A DNA stretch of 64,000 nucleotides from Coniocarpon cinnabarinum (Eukaryota). Location of the stretch: contig JAVECO010000078.1 in the NCBI GenBank assembly GCA_051942205.1, positions 1 through 64,000 on the forward strand. Direction: 5' to 3'. The notes under the pieces are model-generated. The model worked only from the letters and a program-made list of their open reading frames with translations, was not told the origin of the DNA and did no database searches. Positions 51,798-64,000 of this stretch are shown here, one piece after another. Positions within the stretch are counted from its first letter, which is position 1; each line of letters opens with the position of its first letter. Position numbers and translations under genes: made by a program.

Positions 51798-53038
51798 GGC
51801 GTGTACAAGAAGCCACCGGTGCCCAGTGTTCGTGCTGCAAAGGAATATGTGCTTCTCAAACGACTTATGGAGTCTGTGATCGGGTGTCTATCCTGACTTC
51901 TGCGCGTTCTGATAGATCAGAAACCCTCTGGAAAGATGCGTAAGTGCATCGGAATGAGTCATCTGAAATCTGGCGGCGCTGATCAGATGATCCAGCCTGA
52001 ACCCGTTCCACGGATGCCAGCGTAACAGGTACAATACATTTTGCTGGTGGCTTTGGATGAAAACCCTGGCGCTGGCGCTGACAATCGAGCTCGCAGCACA
52101 GCGTGATGATTGCTTCACTGATGGAAATCAAGGTATGCTATTTGGAGCACTAAATGTTAATCGCTCGAGCCACGCAGTGGTGCCTCGAACACCGAAGATG
52201 AGGTGCCTCCCGGTGGTTGATGTAAGTGGCAGTTCACGACACAAGTGCTTCGCGCTTTGGACCCTGCCGACCGCAAGACCCCTCCGGGCCATCCTACAAA
52301 AGTATCACCGCCTCGCTACTCCGCGGCCCTTTACTAAGCAGCACTGCACTTTCATCAACGTTCGCTGACCACGTCTTTTTCCGCTGCGCTCCATGTCGAA
52401 ATCGCATTCCTCCCACCATCGTCTTACAGCATTGCTTGCGAATTATTTTGGATAGACAAAGCATTTCGGTGGAGTGTCCGGAGCAGCTGACCATCTTCAT
52501 CCCCTTCGTCTCATTGGAGTTGGGACAAATGCCAACGCCGCTTAGAGCATTGTCGAAGAACGCAACAGGCTTGCTCAAAGAAAGTTTTCGTTCGATCCCG
52601 ACCACCTCCTCGACATCTTCCCACTCTGGTCTTGCTTTCCTTCCCAACTCATACCGCTCGGTCCATACCTCAGCGTCTTACAGATTACATCAGTCCTTGC
52701 ATTACACCAAACCCCGTCAACTTGTTCCTACAGAGCCGCCAATCTCGATCACCGCACCGGCTTCAGCGTCTGACTTTCTTGCCGACATAACTGCTAGTGC
52801 ATGGTCTACTTCGCCCATTAACACTGGGTACCCCTTTTACAACGAATTCCCCTCCCTGTCACCGTCGAACGAGCCGGTGGACGTCACATCGATTCGCGAA
52901 CCCGCCTTTGATATCTCGGGAACCTACTGGTCACTTTCGCCCGCCAACGCCGGCGCCTGGATCTCAGACGAATCTATTTTCTCATTACGACCTCGCTACA
53001 ATTTCCCTCTGAGATCTGCAGAAGCCTACGATAACATA

Positions 53039-53506
53039 ATGGCATCTGATGAGGATTACGCCGCTTTCCTGGACAAAGCTGCAGCTGACAGGCAACCGGC
53101 ATCTACCACGCAAGCGCAGACATCAACACGACAGAAGACTGTGGATACTCAACAACTGCACCCAGCTCTGCAAAACGTCCACGAGCACGTTTATGTTTCT
53201 GACGCAGATGAAGCATTTGAGCCAGTGAGCTTGCAAAGAACAACAGATAAGTCCAGCGCAATAGGAAAAGCCGAGATAGCGCAGCTGGCTGGCGTGGAGG
53301 CGAGTGGGGTTGAAGAGCTCTCGAAGCAAGAGTTCGACCCTCGAAATGAATACGACAAGGTGTGGCAGCAGGTCACAGAGGCCAGCGAGGCTACCGTCAA
53401 AGCATTCAAAATAGAACGCAGTGGAGCTCGCTCGGAGTATTGGATATTGGGGGTTAGCAAAGACGGTCACGTCGTAGGTGCAAGGGCAACAGCAGTGGAA
53501 AGCTAA
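53039..53506 (+). CDS. NuiA-like (nuclease A inhibitor-like) protein; open in frame upstream to the ATG at 52529
   Basis: MASDEDYAAFLDKA, YVSDADEAFEPV, EYWILG..DGHVVGARATAVES* resemble the NuiA SESDYPF and C-terminal VVET motifs. This is recognised from memory, not from a search. Confidence 0.7.
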   Translation: MASDEDYAAFLDKAAADRQPASTTQAQTSTRQKTVDTQQLHPALQNVHEHVYVSDADEAFEPVSLQRTTDKSSAIGKAEIAQLAGVEASGVEELSKQEFDPRNEYDKVWQQVTEASEATVKAFKIERSGARSEYWILGVSKDGHVVGARATAVES

Positions 53507-53667
53507 AGGGTTCGTCGGCTGCAGCTGGATCGTATGCTTTGCGTCTCGCTGTTGTGGTGTTTCACTTGCTGAAAGGAACCTCCATAGATTACGAATACTA
53601 TGAGCAATGAGGTCATGTGAATTTTCAGATAGACGAATGATAACTAGCAGTCAGGCGTTGAAGCTTG

Positions 53668-54506
53668 TCATGCTTTTCGCTTTGCATCGTCTTCAGGCTT
53701 TGGGCTGCTGGTACCTGAACCTTTTCCCGCCATCCATGAAGCCAGGTCGAAGTTTTGAAGACTTTGTGCTGCGTTCGCACCGTCACGACTGGCGCCGCCA
53801 CCGCCCATGATGCCGCCTTTCTGTATCTCTTGCAGTTCTGCTTTCTGTTCCTCGTCCACTGTCGCCTTGTCAGTCCACGTTTTAAGTGCAAGTATTTCCA
53901 AGGTGACTCACAGTTATCCATTAAGTAGGGCAACCCCACGATCATGACCAGACTGAAAAGCGCCATCAAGATCATAGGGCTTCTCAAAAAGCTCAGAGCG
54001 CTGAAGGTAGATCGATCCATGTAGTACTCTTTCTTACTTATAGGTCGCCCTTCGACAAGCACGACCTGCGGGTCCACACTAGGTTGCACCTTCTCATCAG
54101 CGACTTCAACCTTTCCACCCCCACGGTATTCGCCCTTGTTGCCCCATTCGTTACCCCAGAACGTTTGCCAAACATCAGTCTGCGCCAGAGTCTTGCCACT
54201 GGCCTGATCAGATGTAACGTTGACATCTACTCGCATCGGCGAATACGTCCAGTCGCGGGTGGTGAGCGTAAGCAAATACGAGCCAGCTTCAAGGTCTGGG
54301 TATTCAAACGAGTTGCGCCGGGTGAGAGGGGTGTTGACAGTAGTCCCATGTTTGAAGATTGTTGCAGACGTGCTTGCAGGAAGTAAGGACGGATTATAAC
54401 TCGGAAACGCGGGGACTGGGGGCAGGTAGACGCGTAAAACCCATGCTTGAGTGACGGCTGATGTCGTGAAAAGGAGCAAGAGCAAAGACCTTAATAGGTC
54501 AATCAT
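53668..54506 (-). CDS. EMC7: ER membrane protein complex subunit 7 (DUF2012); intron ~53860-53911
   Basis: Signal peptide, LEAGSYLL beta-sandwich, KEYYMDR..FLRSPMILMAL..LPYLMDN, FDLASWMAG. Confidence 0.85.
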
Positions 54507-54813
54507 TTTGCGACGACTGGCAGACAAGCCTGAAATAATTCCTTAAGCCTGTACTTTTGGGTAGGCTCTTGTCCTTCAGTACCTAGTTTTATATGCTTTG
54601 AGCGCAGGGTGGCTCAAGCTTGGATGCGTATGCACAGCGATGCCTGCCGTGCTACCTGCGTGCTTCTCTTACCTGAAATCTCAATACTGAGGAGCATCTC
54701 CGCAACGGACTACTCTGAACGAGCTCTTATGAATCGCGCTTGACAGACTCTCGCTTACAATACAAGCTGCATCTCATCGGTTCTGAGAGCGTCGCCGCCG
54801 CTATCTCGCCGTC

Positions 54814-55819
54814 ATGGCGAATCAGTACTCCTTCTCACTCACAACATTCTCTCCGAGGTAAGTGTCTGGATGTCGAGTGGGACTTCAGAAAGCTGACACG
54901 TTTACAGCGGGAAGCTAGTGCAGATAGGTAGGCTGAGGGCTACTCTCTAAATCCATCAAACGCAGAGTGTGGCTGATCAGCGATGTTAGAATATGCTCTG
55001 AACGCGGTCAATCAAGGCGTCACATCACTCGGGATCAAAGCCACCAATGGCGTTGTCCTTGCCACCGAGAAGAAGTCAACATCAACACTCATTGACAACA
55101 CTACGCAATCAAAAGTATCGCTAATAACACCAAACATTGGCATGGTCTATAGTGGCATGGGACCTGACTATCGCATACTCGTGGATCGTGCGCGCAAGGT
55201 CTCTCACACGGGCTATAAACGCATATACAACGAATATCCACCAACACGAATATTAGTACAAGACGTTGCCCGGGTGATGCAAGAAGCCACACAGTCTGCA
55301 GGTGTGCGGCCATACGGGGTAAGTCTGCTCATGGCAGGCTGGGATGATGGCATTGAACCAGATGCGGAAGGGGAGGAAATCCTTGACGAGAAGACTGGCG
55401 AGAAGAAAAAGTTGCCGAGGAAGACTGGCGGCATCCTCAAGGGCGGTCCCAGCCTATATCAAGTGGATCCCAGCGGCAGTTATTTCCCTTGGAAAGCCAC
55501 AGCAATCGGCAAGGGAGCGACGAGCGCAAAAACCTTCCTCGAAAAACGGCACACGGAGGAACTGGAACTAGAGGATGCCATCATCATTGCGCTGCTCACC
55601 TTAAAAGAGACCATTGAGGGTGAAATGACGGGCGAGAACATCGAGATTGGTCGGTTCTGCTTTCTCTTACTACAACACGGAGATGATTGACCGTGTCTAG
55701 GCTTGATTGGTGATCCAGCAAACGACCAGCTTGGTTTCGAAGGAGTGGAAGGCGCTCAAGGGCCTCGCTTCCGCAAACTCAGCATTCAGGAAATCGAGGA
55801 TTATCTAGCGCAGCTGTAG
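54814..55819 (+). CDS. PRE8: 20S proteasome alpha-2 subunit; introns ~54858-54908, ~54928-54989, ~55650-55700
   Basis: [47 protein letters not shown]. Confidence 0.95.
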
Positions 55820-56701
55820 AGCATGGTGGAGCCTGCGCTCTACTTTCGCACATGTATAGTATCATTCGCACTGAATGTCAACGCATCTGACCGAGCGGCG
55901 ACCCCTCGAGTCATCGAGCACAATCGCCGTGCTTCGCTGCTCTCCAAGGACACACACTCCAAAGTTCAGCGATGCGCTAATAGCACAGCAAGCAGCAAAG
56001 TCAAAGCCAAGGTGATGGGCGTCAAGCAGAGCAGGACCCAGCGAGGTGAGATGCTTCGCTGGGTGGGCACAAGGAACGGGCGACAGATGGCGGTGAGATT
56101 GGTTGTCAGTGTACGTCTCTCCGACCTAGGCATGGTGCCCGAAGGCCCTCCAAACCTATACATTGCGCTCTCGACAAGCGTGTGATGTGCAGATTTCACA
56201 GATGCTCGTCGATGAGACTGGACAGTGGGGTACCCAAAGAGGAACACGGAATCCCGACCGCCAGGGAAGCCGCGGACGGGAAGGGGAATCCCTCTGCTGG
56301 CTGCATGTCCAAATCCGGTGGTGAGCTGAGCATCTCCCAACCAACCACCACATGCACCGCCAACAAGCTCCCTCTTCCTCGCTCCTCCGCCAACCGCTGT
56401 CCCACCCACCTGCGTCCATTATCAACCTAACGCACATGCCGCCTGTGACACTCTTCCGATGTCGAGGCACCTTGCCTTCGCTTATGCCTGCAGCAAAAAG
56501 GCTAAAGCCCGGCTCGCGGCGTTATACGAGCTTCATCAGCCGCCTGCTTTCGTGGCAACTCCTCTCCTTGACGACTTCAACCTTTCTTCTCATCCTCGCC
56601 CATGTGCTCAACAACCCTCCTGTCCTCACGCCTCGTTGCTGAATGGACGTAGAGCCGCCTGCTGCGTCATGAGCGAGGCTGTCACCGGCTGATCTAGCAG
56701 C

Positions 56702-58267
56702 ATGCCGCTTTCGCGCGCTCATTCCCTTATTTTCTTCGCGGTCACTCTCGTCTGCTTTCTTTTTGTCGGTCTGCACCACCGTCGTCCTCAGTGGCACTTT
56801 CCCTCCTTTGCGCAGGCCAAACACTGCTCGTATCCGCCGTCTCTTAGCCAGACCACGCTTAAGCCCAATGTAACGCCGAATTCGTTCGCAACAGGGGATG
56901 AGAAACTGGGCATTGAGGCTCCTAACGACGAGCTTCCTTGCACGCATTTGCTGGGCTTGGACTCGCTGCACATCTCAGTCAAGACTTCTGCTTCTAACGC
57001 GCATCAACTGATCCCTTCTCTCGTGAATCATACTCTGCGCTGCTTGCCCCGACACTCCTTCTCTGTCTACTCCGATCTCGACGATACCGTTTCCAATGTG
57101 GCCGTCCATGACGCCCTTGACGGACTATCCTCCCACCTTTACAACAACGATTCATGCCCAGAGCTGCGTGCTTACAGAGAGATGAAGGAACTCCACGAAC
57201 AGAGCCCGGACCGCATCGACTTCTCTGAGATCCTGGATGCCGACGTCAAAGAGGATGCTCCCGGCTGGAAACTCGACAAGTGGAAGAATATGCAGATGTT
57301 ACTCAAGGTCTATCATAACCCAGATTACAATGACAAGCCCTTTTACTTTTTCACGGACGCCGACACGCATGTGATTTTATCCAATCTTGTACGTTGGCTG
57401 GATTTGCTAGATCCGGACTTCCCATGGTGGTCGGGAGCGCCTGCATGGTTCCCTGGTAACATGTTCGCGCACGGTGGGACAGGCTACTTGCTGTCACGTG
57501 CTGCAATAGCCAAAGCCGTCCACGCACTAGAAGGTCATTGGACGCACTGGGAAGACGTCCTCGTGGACGACTGCTGTGGCGACGCAGCCATGGCGAAGTT
57601 GATGCATTCGCTCGATGTTCCCCTGCTCAAGGCATGGCCCATGTTGCAAGGCGAGACGGTTGAGACACTCGACTACGCCGAGCGCATGTGGTGTTTCCCC
57701 GTCTTGAGCCAGCACCACATGACGGGCATGGACGTGGAGCACATGTTTGACTTTGAGCAAGACTGGCTCCGGCGGCATCAGGGACTGGGCCGCCAGCCCA
57801 TCAAGCACAAGGATGTGTTTGAAAAATTCGTGTGGCCGTTGATTCAAGAAAATGGTGGGCATCGGGACGGGTGGGATAACTTGAGTCAGGATGTGAAGAT
57901 TCCGGAGGACAAACAGGAGCGGGATGAAGACGGCAACGCGTCCAACAAGGACGAGGACAGCGCCAACAGTGGTTCTGTGGATGCTATAGAGAAGGAAGAA
58001 GAGGAAGAGGAAGACAACGGGGCCTGGCGCAGCGCCGAAGCATGTAGCATGGCCTGTGATAACATGCAGGAGTGCCTGCAATGGTCTTGGAAGCCGGACA
58101 AGTGTCGTTTGGGCACCGTCATTAGGTTGGGCAAGGATGTTAGTAAGGACGAAGAGGGTCAGCATATGGTGAGTGGGTGGCTGGTACATCGCGTTGAGCG
58201 GTTTCGGCGGAAGATGGAACCTTGTCTGGCGACGTGGATATATCAGCATGAGAACGAGATGTCATGA
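56702..58267 (+). CDS. Glycosyltransferase family 31 (Fringe/core-1 galactosyltransferase-like), type II membrane protein
   Basis: N-terminal TM, GWKLDKWK, FTDADT (DxD), FAHGGTGYLLS, CCGD, C-terminal CLQW..CRLG. Confidence 0.88.
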   Translation: MPLSRAHSLIFFAVTLVCFLFVGLHHRRPQWHFPSFAQAKHCSYPPSLSQTTLKPNVTPNSFATGDEKLGIEAPNDELPCTHLLGLDSLHISVKTSASNAHQLIPSLVNHTLRCLPRHSFSVYSDLDDTVSNVAVHDALDGLSSHLYNNDSCPELRAYREMKELHEQSPDRIDFSEILDADVKEDAPGWKLDKWKNMQMLLKVYHNPDYNDKPFYFFTDADTHVILSNLVRWLDLLDPDFPWWSGAPAWFPGNMFAHGGTGYLLSRAAIAKAVHALEGHWTHWEDVLVDDCCGDAAMAKLMHSLDVPLLKAWPMLQGETVETLDYAERMWCFPVLSQHHMTGMDVEHMFDFEQDWLRRHQGLGRQPIKHKDVFEKFVWPLIQENGGHRDGWDNLSQDVKIPEDKQERDEDGNASNKDEDSANSGSVDAIEKEEEEEEDNGAWRSAEACSMACDNMQECLQWSWKPDKCRLGTVIRLGKDVSKDEEGQHMVSGWLVHRVERFRRKMEPCLATWIYQHENEMS

Positions 58268-58701
58268 ACCACATATGTATTATAGTAGTCTGGCACAATA
58301 GCCTTGGTGTCTAATCCTGTAGATAGGTCTACATGCACAACTAGCATAGACACGCACGCTCGAGTTGCGTCTGCATCTCTAACAAGTCCTTCGCAGGGCC
58401 CTGCTTGAGCATTGCTCGCACGTTTGGGACGAGTGTAACAGTTACCCACACCATGACTTGTTTTGTCACGGGCAGCATCGTGACATGAACATCGACCTGT
58501 TCGAGAGCTCCCAAAATCTTGCATAGCTCGTCTGCACTGGCCACTCTGCCTAGACGGGCCAGCTCCATGCAGACATCTGGTGTCAGAAACGCTATCAATT
58601 GATGCGTTGTTCTCATCTCCTTCATCAATGTACACCACCAACACCACGCAACCTGCGAATTATCAGGTCCCCTGTGCCAATGCTAATTTCCGTCTACAAT
58701 G

Positions 58702-61201
58702 CTATCCGGCCGCGGCAATCTTTCCATACTCCACCTGGGCATTCGGTTCCCCAGGGGCCATGAAATTTGTCTCCGGGTTGCCCGTTGCTTTCGACGCTGA
58801 ACACCTTGCCATCGTTGGGCTGCTCCGAGAGATGACATCCGTGAAGTAGAAGTTATCGATGACCTTTCTGAGCAGACTACCAGTAGCCTGACTGTTCTTA
58901 TTTTGCTCCACCAGCTGTATCCTACTCAGAGCTGCGATTTCACTGCTTGCTGGCTCGACAATGTCGTATCGCCTCAAGGCAGGACTGACTTCCTCCATGC
59001 GGTCTCTCAGCGTTTCGACATCGTCATAGGGAAGCGGTGTGCCGAGATATTCAGATACGGCACGGATGATCTTCCAGTCATCTCGCGCGGCGCCAATCAC
59101 GCTTGTAGCAGCACGTGTCATTTGTACGCGGCCTTCTGTGTTCACGTAGGTGCCTGCTTTCTCTGTGTAGGCAGCTCCCGGCAAGACCACGTCCGCTAAA
59201 GCCGCTCCTCGATCCCCATGGTGGCCTTGGTAAATCACAAACGCATCCTTCGGCAGGTCATTTTTCAAGATTTCGTCGGCTCCGAGTAGATAAACCATCT
59301 TAGCTTGAGTTCCTGACACACTGGGATCTGTGGTTGAAAACCCAATCTCATATGAACCAGCTCGGGCCGCTGATCGCTGCAACACGTTGTAACCATTCCA
59401 ATCTGGGTTCAGCAGATTCGGCTGTTTGCTTGCGAAAGATCCAATTGTCTCGAACATGGCCTGAGCATCCGGATGCTCAGCCACGCCGCTGCCAACAATG
59501 ATCATTGGCCTTTGAGCGGTTTTGATCAGGTCACCCCACTGACCAGCCAATGCATTCTTCAGCGCATTATGATCATTGCCAATGTGATTAACATCAAATG
59601 TGGAATCAAAGGGCTCGCCGACCAGACCGACCTGCAAATCCGACCTGAGCCACTGTTTGCGGATGCGTGCGTTCAGGCCCGCTGCTTCCCATCTAGGATT
59701 GGTGCCCACCAGCAAAATAACATCTGCTTCCTCTACACCGGCAATGCCAGAATTAAAGGCGTAATTGGCTCTGACATCTGTTCCGTGAGCTAGAGGTGCA
59801 CTGCCATTTGGCTGATCTATTGCCAGATTTTCCGAGTTGAGGCTATTGACAAGGTCTTTCATTGCCATGAGCGATTCAGTATCTGTCAATTGTCCAGCGA
59901 TAGCTTTGAACTCGTCCGCCTTTGGCGACAATTTCTGATAAGCATTCCCAATCTCCACCAGAGCCTGTTCCCAGGTGCAAGGTTGAAATTGGTTATCTCT
60001 TCGAACCATCGGCGTTGTGAGCCGTTGAGTTTTGAGACCATCTGCAGCGAAACGAGATTTGTCGTTGATCCACTCTTCGTTGACGTCGTCATTCAGGCGT
60101 GGGAGAATGCGCATGACTTCCAACCCTCTTGAATCCACGCGAATGTTTGAGCCTAAGCCATCCAGGATATCAATTGACTCAGAGTGCTTCAGCTCCCAGG
60201 GCCTTGCTCTGAATGCATAAGGCTTTGAGGTCAGCGCGCCGACTGGGCATAGATCAATGACGTTGCCAGACATCTCGGTGTCGAGGTTGCGCTCGAGGTA
60301 AGTACCGATCTCGAGACTGTTGCCACGACCTGTAGACCCAAGTTCAGGAGCGCCGGCTACGTCATTTGCGAATCGAACGCAACGCGTGCAGTGGATGCAT
60401 CTATTCATCGAGGTCTTCGAAGAGTCAGCTTGCTCAAGGCCCTTTCATCGAATACTCAAACATACCTTCACCAGAGGACCGATATTCTTGTCTTCCACAG
60501 CACGCTTGCCACCTGTCTCGTGAAACCGTCCCCGATCTGCGCCGTATCGCATTGACTGGTCTTGCAAGTCACACTCGCCACCCTGGTCGCAAATCGGGCA
60601 ATCAAGTGGGTGGTTGGCAAGCAAAAATTCCATCACGCCTTCGCGCGCCTTGTGGGTAAGTGGCGAGTCAGTCTTCACCACCATCCCAGGTTGGACTGGC
60701 CAGGCGCACGACGCCACCGGCTTCGGTGCTCTCTCTACTTCCACCTTTTCAGATATCAGCAACCTCTGATTGCTCAGAAAGAAACAGCCACGCTTATCAT
60801 ACCAGGCACATCCGGCAATTGCCAGCAATCATGAGTTTTTCGTGATAGCAGTATCGAGGAATGACCGCACCGGCCTTCTCACAGGCTTGAATGAGCGATG
60901 ACCCAGCTGCGGAAAGGTCAGGCAAAGTATCGTGAGAGCACACGGGCGGGTGCGAAGGGATGAGAACCGGAGATACGTAGGAACGAGCGAGGCAATCATA
61001 CCTTCAATCGACACCTTGCGATCATCTGCGAAATCCATGTTCAGCGTGAGGAGTTGCGTATACAAGCTGAACGTGAAGCTTACCAATAGTGAGCTCTACC
61101 TCTGCGTTGCGGCAAGTAGACGCAGAGAGGCATCGCGACACATTTAAGGCCGGGTGCCTGTGAGATCGCTGCAAAGACCGAAGGAGGGATCTCCGCAGCA
61201 T
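58702..61201 (-). CDS. NDUFS1: NADH:ubiquinone oxidoreductase 75 kDa Fe-S subunit; four introns in the 5' part
   Basis: Mitochondrial presequence [55 protein letters not shown]. Confidence 0.97.
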
Positions 61202-61653
61202 TTTCCTTGTGCTGGACGACAGAGGAGAAATGCAAAAAGAGTGTGTTCGTGGTTGCAGAGGGTCTTACGAACCGGCTTTGCCTCTTTGACAGTCGATGAT
61301 GTTGATTGGATTTCTGTTCGCCGTGATTGGCTGTTATTTAGGGTCATGCTTGCCCTAGAGTCTGGGACCAAAAGAACTATCTTTGTAGAGTTTGTCCTTT
61401 TCTTCTCAACTCATTTCATGGGCATGACTATTGTAGGAGCCTCAACTATCTACGCGATGCATTTAAGTCTCCTCTGCTACATGTTCAAGATTATGCCATT
61501 GTGCTGTAGCTGGAAGGTCGGAGGTGTCCACTAGGACACCGTTGAACAGCTTTCCTTACCAACAGCACTACACTGTCCTGTGTGTCCAACCACATTATCT
61601 GTGTCGCATTGCCAGTGTCCTTTGGAGAAGGCGAACTTTGACCCTGCGTCATG

Positions 61654-62934
61654 TTACAGCCAACCACCAAAAATTGAGTCCCGCGTCTCAGATCCCAGGT
61701 TCACGGCTCGGCCACAAGAGCACACGAACACAACCTCATCAGTTGGGTCAGAACCCCTCTTCCGCTTTTTCTGAGTCTCGACATTTACTTCACACTGGGT
61801 TTGTTTGAGACCGTGCAAAATGGTTGAGACCGTGCCAAGGATCTTGTTCAGAGTACTCTGGGACGCCATGAGAGGACCCTGCTTTTGCGCAAGACAAGCG
61901 TTGTCAGCGCGCAGCTCTTCGACAATGGGATCCTGGCTGCGGGTTTGCTGCGTCAGCTCCGCGATGTGATCGTCTTTGAGCTTCGCCGATACCGCCTCTC
62001 TCTGAATCCACTGTGAATGGAAGTCGCGAAGAAATTCTCGGTTGATGTAGTTCAAGAGAGCCTCATCGCTGTCAAGACACAACATCTGCCGATGATGATA
62101 CGCAAACTGAACAAGCGTCGAACGAAGTACCCGAGCGTCGCCTGGTATATTGTACACCTCGCGTACCACTTGATCGAATCCTTTCATCTCGTAGCTTGGG
62201 TCATAATTGTCTTCATGCAACCCAGCCTCGGGCTCCGGTGGTGTGGTAAAATCGTTGAGAATATTGCAGAATTTGCTAGTCGCAAGCTCTGGTAGATTAA
62301 GAATTTGGAGTTTCGAGGCAAGTGCAAAGACCTTCGCATTGATGACGAGCTGCTCGTTCGTAGCTGAGACTTTATTGTTCCACGTCGACTTTCCCTTCTT
62401 CGAGATCAGGTTTTGCTGCGCCGCTTCGTCCAAAGCAGCGCCCTCTTCTTTCACTTTCCACCGCGGCACATGCGGATTAGCAACATCGCTGTATTCGTCG
62501 GTGTACAAGTATGAAAGCATGCATGCAAGAGCGTGTGGATCGGCATCAACTGTTGCGAGACATCAACATTTCGCTGCGTTTGGCAACCATCTCTGGAACG
62601 ACTGACCTCTGATGTCTGGGCACTTAGATTCCCCTAAGGCTGTATCGCAAGATGCGGCGAGAACCTCGCTTCGAGGGCAAACAACCATGCGATGACCTTT
62701 GAAATACACAAGTTCTATCCCATCCACTTGGCGACAATGAAGCGTGAAGTCCCAGTATTTGGGGTCGGCAAGGAAATCTTTGACCATTTGTGGACGCTCA
62801 GCATATGACGGTATTGATTGATGGTCATCGTCCGATCCTCTTGGTGTCGAGTCGCCGTCAACGAAATCGTCCCCATTCACGCCGTCGCCGTGTGGCTTGT
62901 CAACGTTCGCGTCGTCTTCAACGCAATTGTCCAT
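61654..62934 (-). CDS. BTB/POZ domain protein; intron ~62550-62606
   Basis: KYWDFTLHC..FKGHRMVVCPRSEVL, DADPHALACMLSYLYT, NAKVFALASKLQI. Confidence 0.8.
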
Positions 62935-64000
62935 CGCCTGCGAATGAGCCCTGTCAAGATGTATTCTCAAAGGCTTCGTCCGTTGTTGGAAAGTAACAGA
63001 GTTGTGAAATTCTGCAATTTGCCCGAGCATTGTAAGTGCATCAGCACTGCATACTGTGCAAGTATGCAACATCTCACGACGCGCAAGGCAAGAGGCTCAG
63101 GTATCTGGAAACCGCAAGGGCCTCGTAGGAAAGTACTTGCCGCACTTCAATTCGGCGTCTTCTGAGTCGCAAAGCACTTTCGCCGTTGTGCTCATAGCCT
63201 TGTGACTTAACATGTTTGTATTGTACAGGCTCGTCGCCTAGACCGAAATCTGGCAACGACTTTTGTCCATGCCCCTTGTCGTAGAACCGATATACGCTGA
63301 ACAACCTATTTACCAACATTACCTGCAATTGATCGACGACTACAAAAAGATGGAGGCAAGTGCGAGGCGCCATTTCAAATCTCTCACATATTGTCGATAG
63401 CTTCTGCTGGCATGTTCCCCGTAAGCAGCACCGGCTCAGTAATAATTACACCCATCAATACATTTTGATACCACATACTTTTCCTTGTCGTATGAACAGC
63501 TTGTGCATGCCCGCACTCCATTGAAAAGCTATTAGCGCTGTCGGGCGATGTCACAAACCTAAAGATTGCGAACAATAACAATGGATGCAGTGAAAAGAAG
63601 CTAAGAGCTTTTTTTTCTTCCTCTTTGTCCAAGACAGGCCAGGTCTCGTAATGGCCCAGCCCAAGCATCCCACGAGACCAACGTCAAAGCGTATGCGACC
63701 GTGGTTGGCACGCGTGACAGTCAAGAAACGAATTGGCCCTCAGGATCTGGCTGAATCCAGGAATCACTCCAGAAATGCCCGAGAGACTAATTCGCCTAAG
63801 CAGAGTTTGTGCTCCTTTCAAGCACTGTGGATTGAAGCATTCCAGATTGGTGGCAAGAGAGATACGCCACTCGTTCGAAACAAGCTCATGTTCTTCGGCG
63901 ACGCGCAGCGATTGTAATTTGCACCGGGAATACGAAGCTGTTTCCGAATTAGACCGTTAGTCATGAACTGTGTGACGACACATGACGAGGACAGGTAAAA

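Noticed and set aside
54607..54616. Rpn4/PACE-like GGTGGC upstream of PRE8
   Set aside because: Only the 6-bp core matches, which is insufficient support.
55340..55450. Acidic/basic insertion in proteasome alpha-2
   Set aside because: In-frame loop that I recall as usual in filamentous ascomycete Pre8; not an intron or intein.
55966..56409. Minus-strand ORF with a hydrophobic C-terminus (possible tail-anchored protein)
   Set aside because: No recognisable family motifs and no convincing splice model; could be chance.
63074..64000. Short ORFs at the window end
   Set aside because: No motifs or consistent exon structure.

Overview
Gene-dense, intron-containing eukaryotic DNA from a filamentous ascomycete (Pezizomycotina-type GT-AG introns, mostly ~50-65 nt, with RCTRAY branch sites). 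About 29 protein-coding genes are supportable. Housekeeping genes include HAS1, RPL3, PRE8, the complex I 75 kDa subunit, MET17, EMC7 and OTU2. Transporters include an ABCC, an MFS-DHA1, an amino acid permease and a MOT-family molybdate transporter. There are also lipid/peroxisome enzymes, an Spt23/Mga2-like factor, F-box/BTB proteins, a GT31 and several orphans. No tRNA, rRNA, CRISPR or intact transposon was recognised. Most notable: (1) the molybdate transporter gene carries two complete introns back-to-back with no exon between them (TAG|GTACGT), and all of its introns are ~3x the local norm and structured; (2) an Spt23/Mga2-like factor lacks the ankyrin/TM tail, with a possible decayed ankyrin remnant downstream; (3) a NuiA-like nuclease inhibitor has an in-frame upstream ATG encoding a mitochondrial-presequence-like extension; (4) three dispersed PTS1-bearing genes and one further SDR have FarA-type CCTCGG sites upstream. 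Splice models were built by eye and need RNA confirmation.
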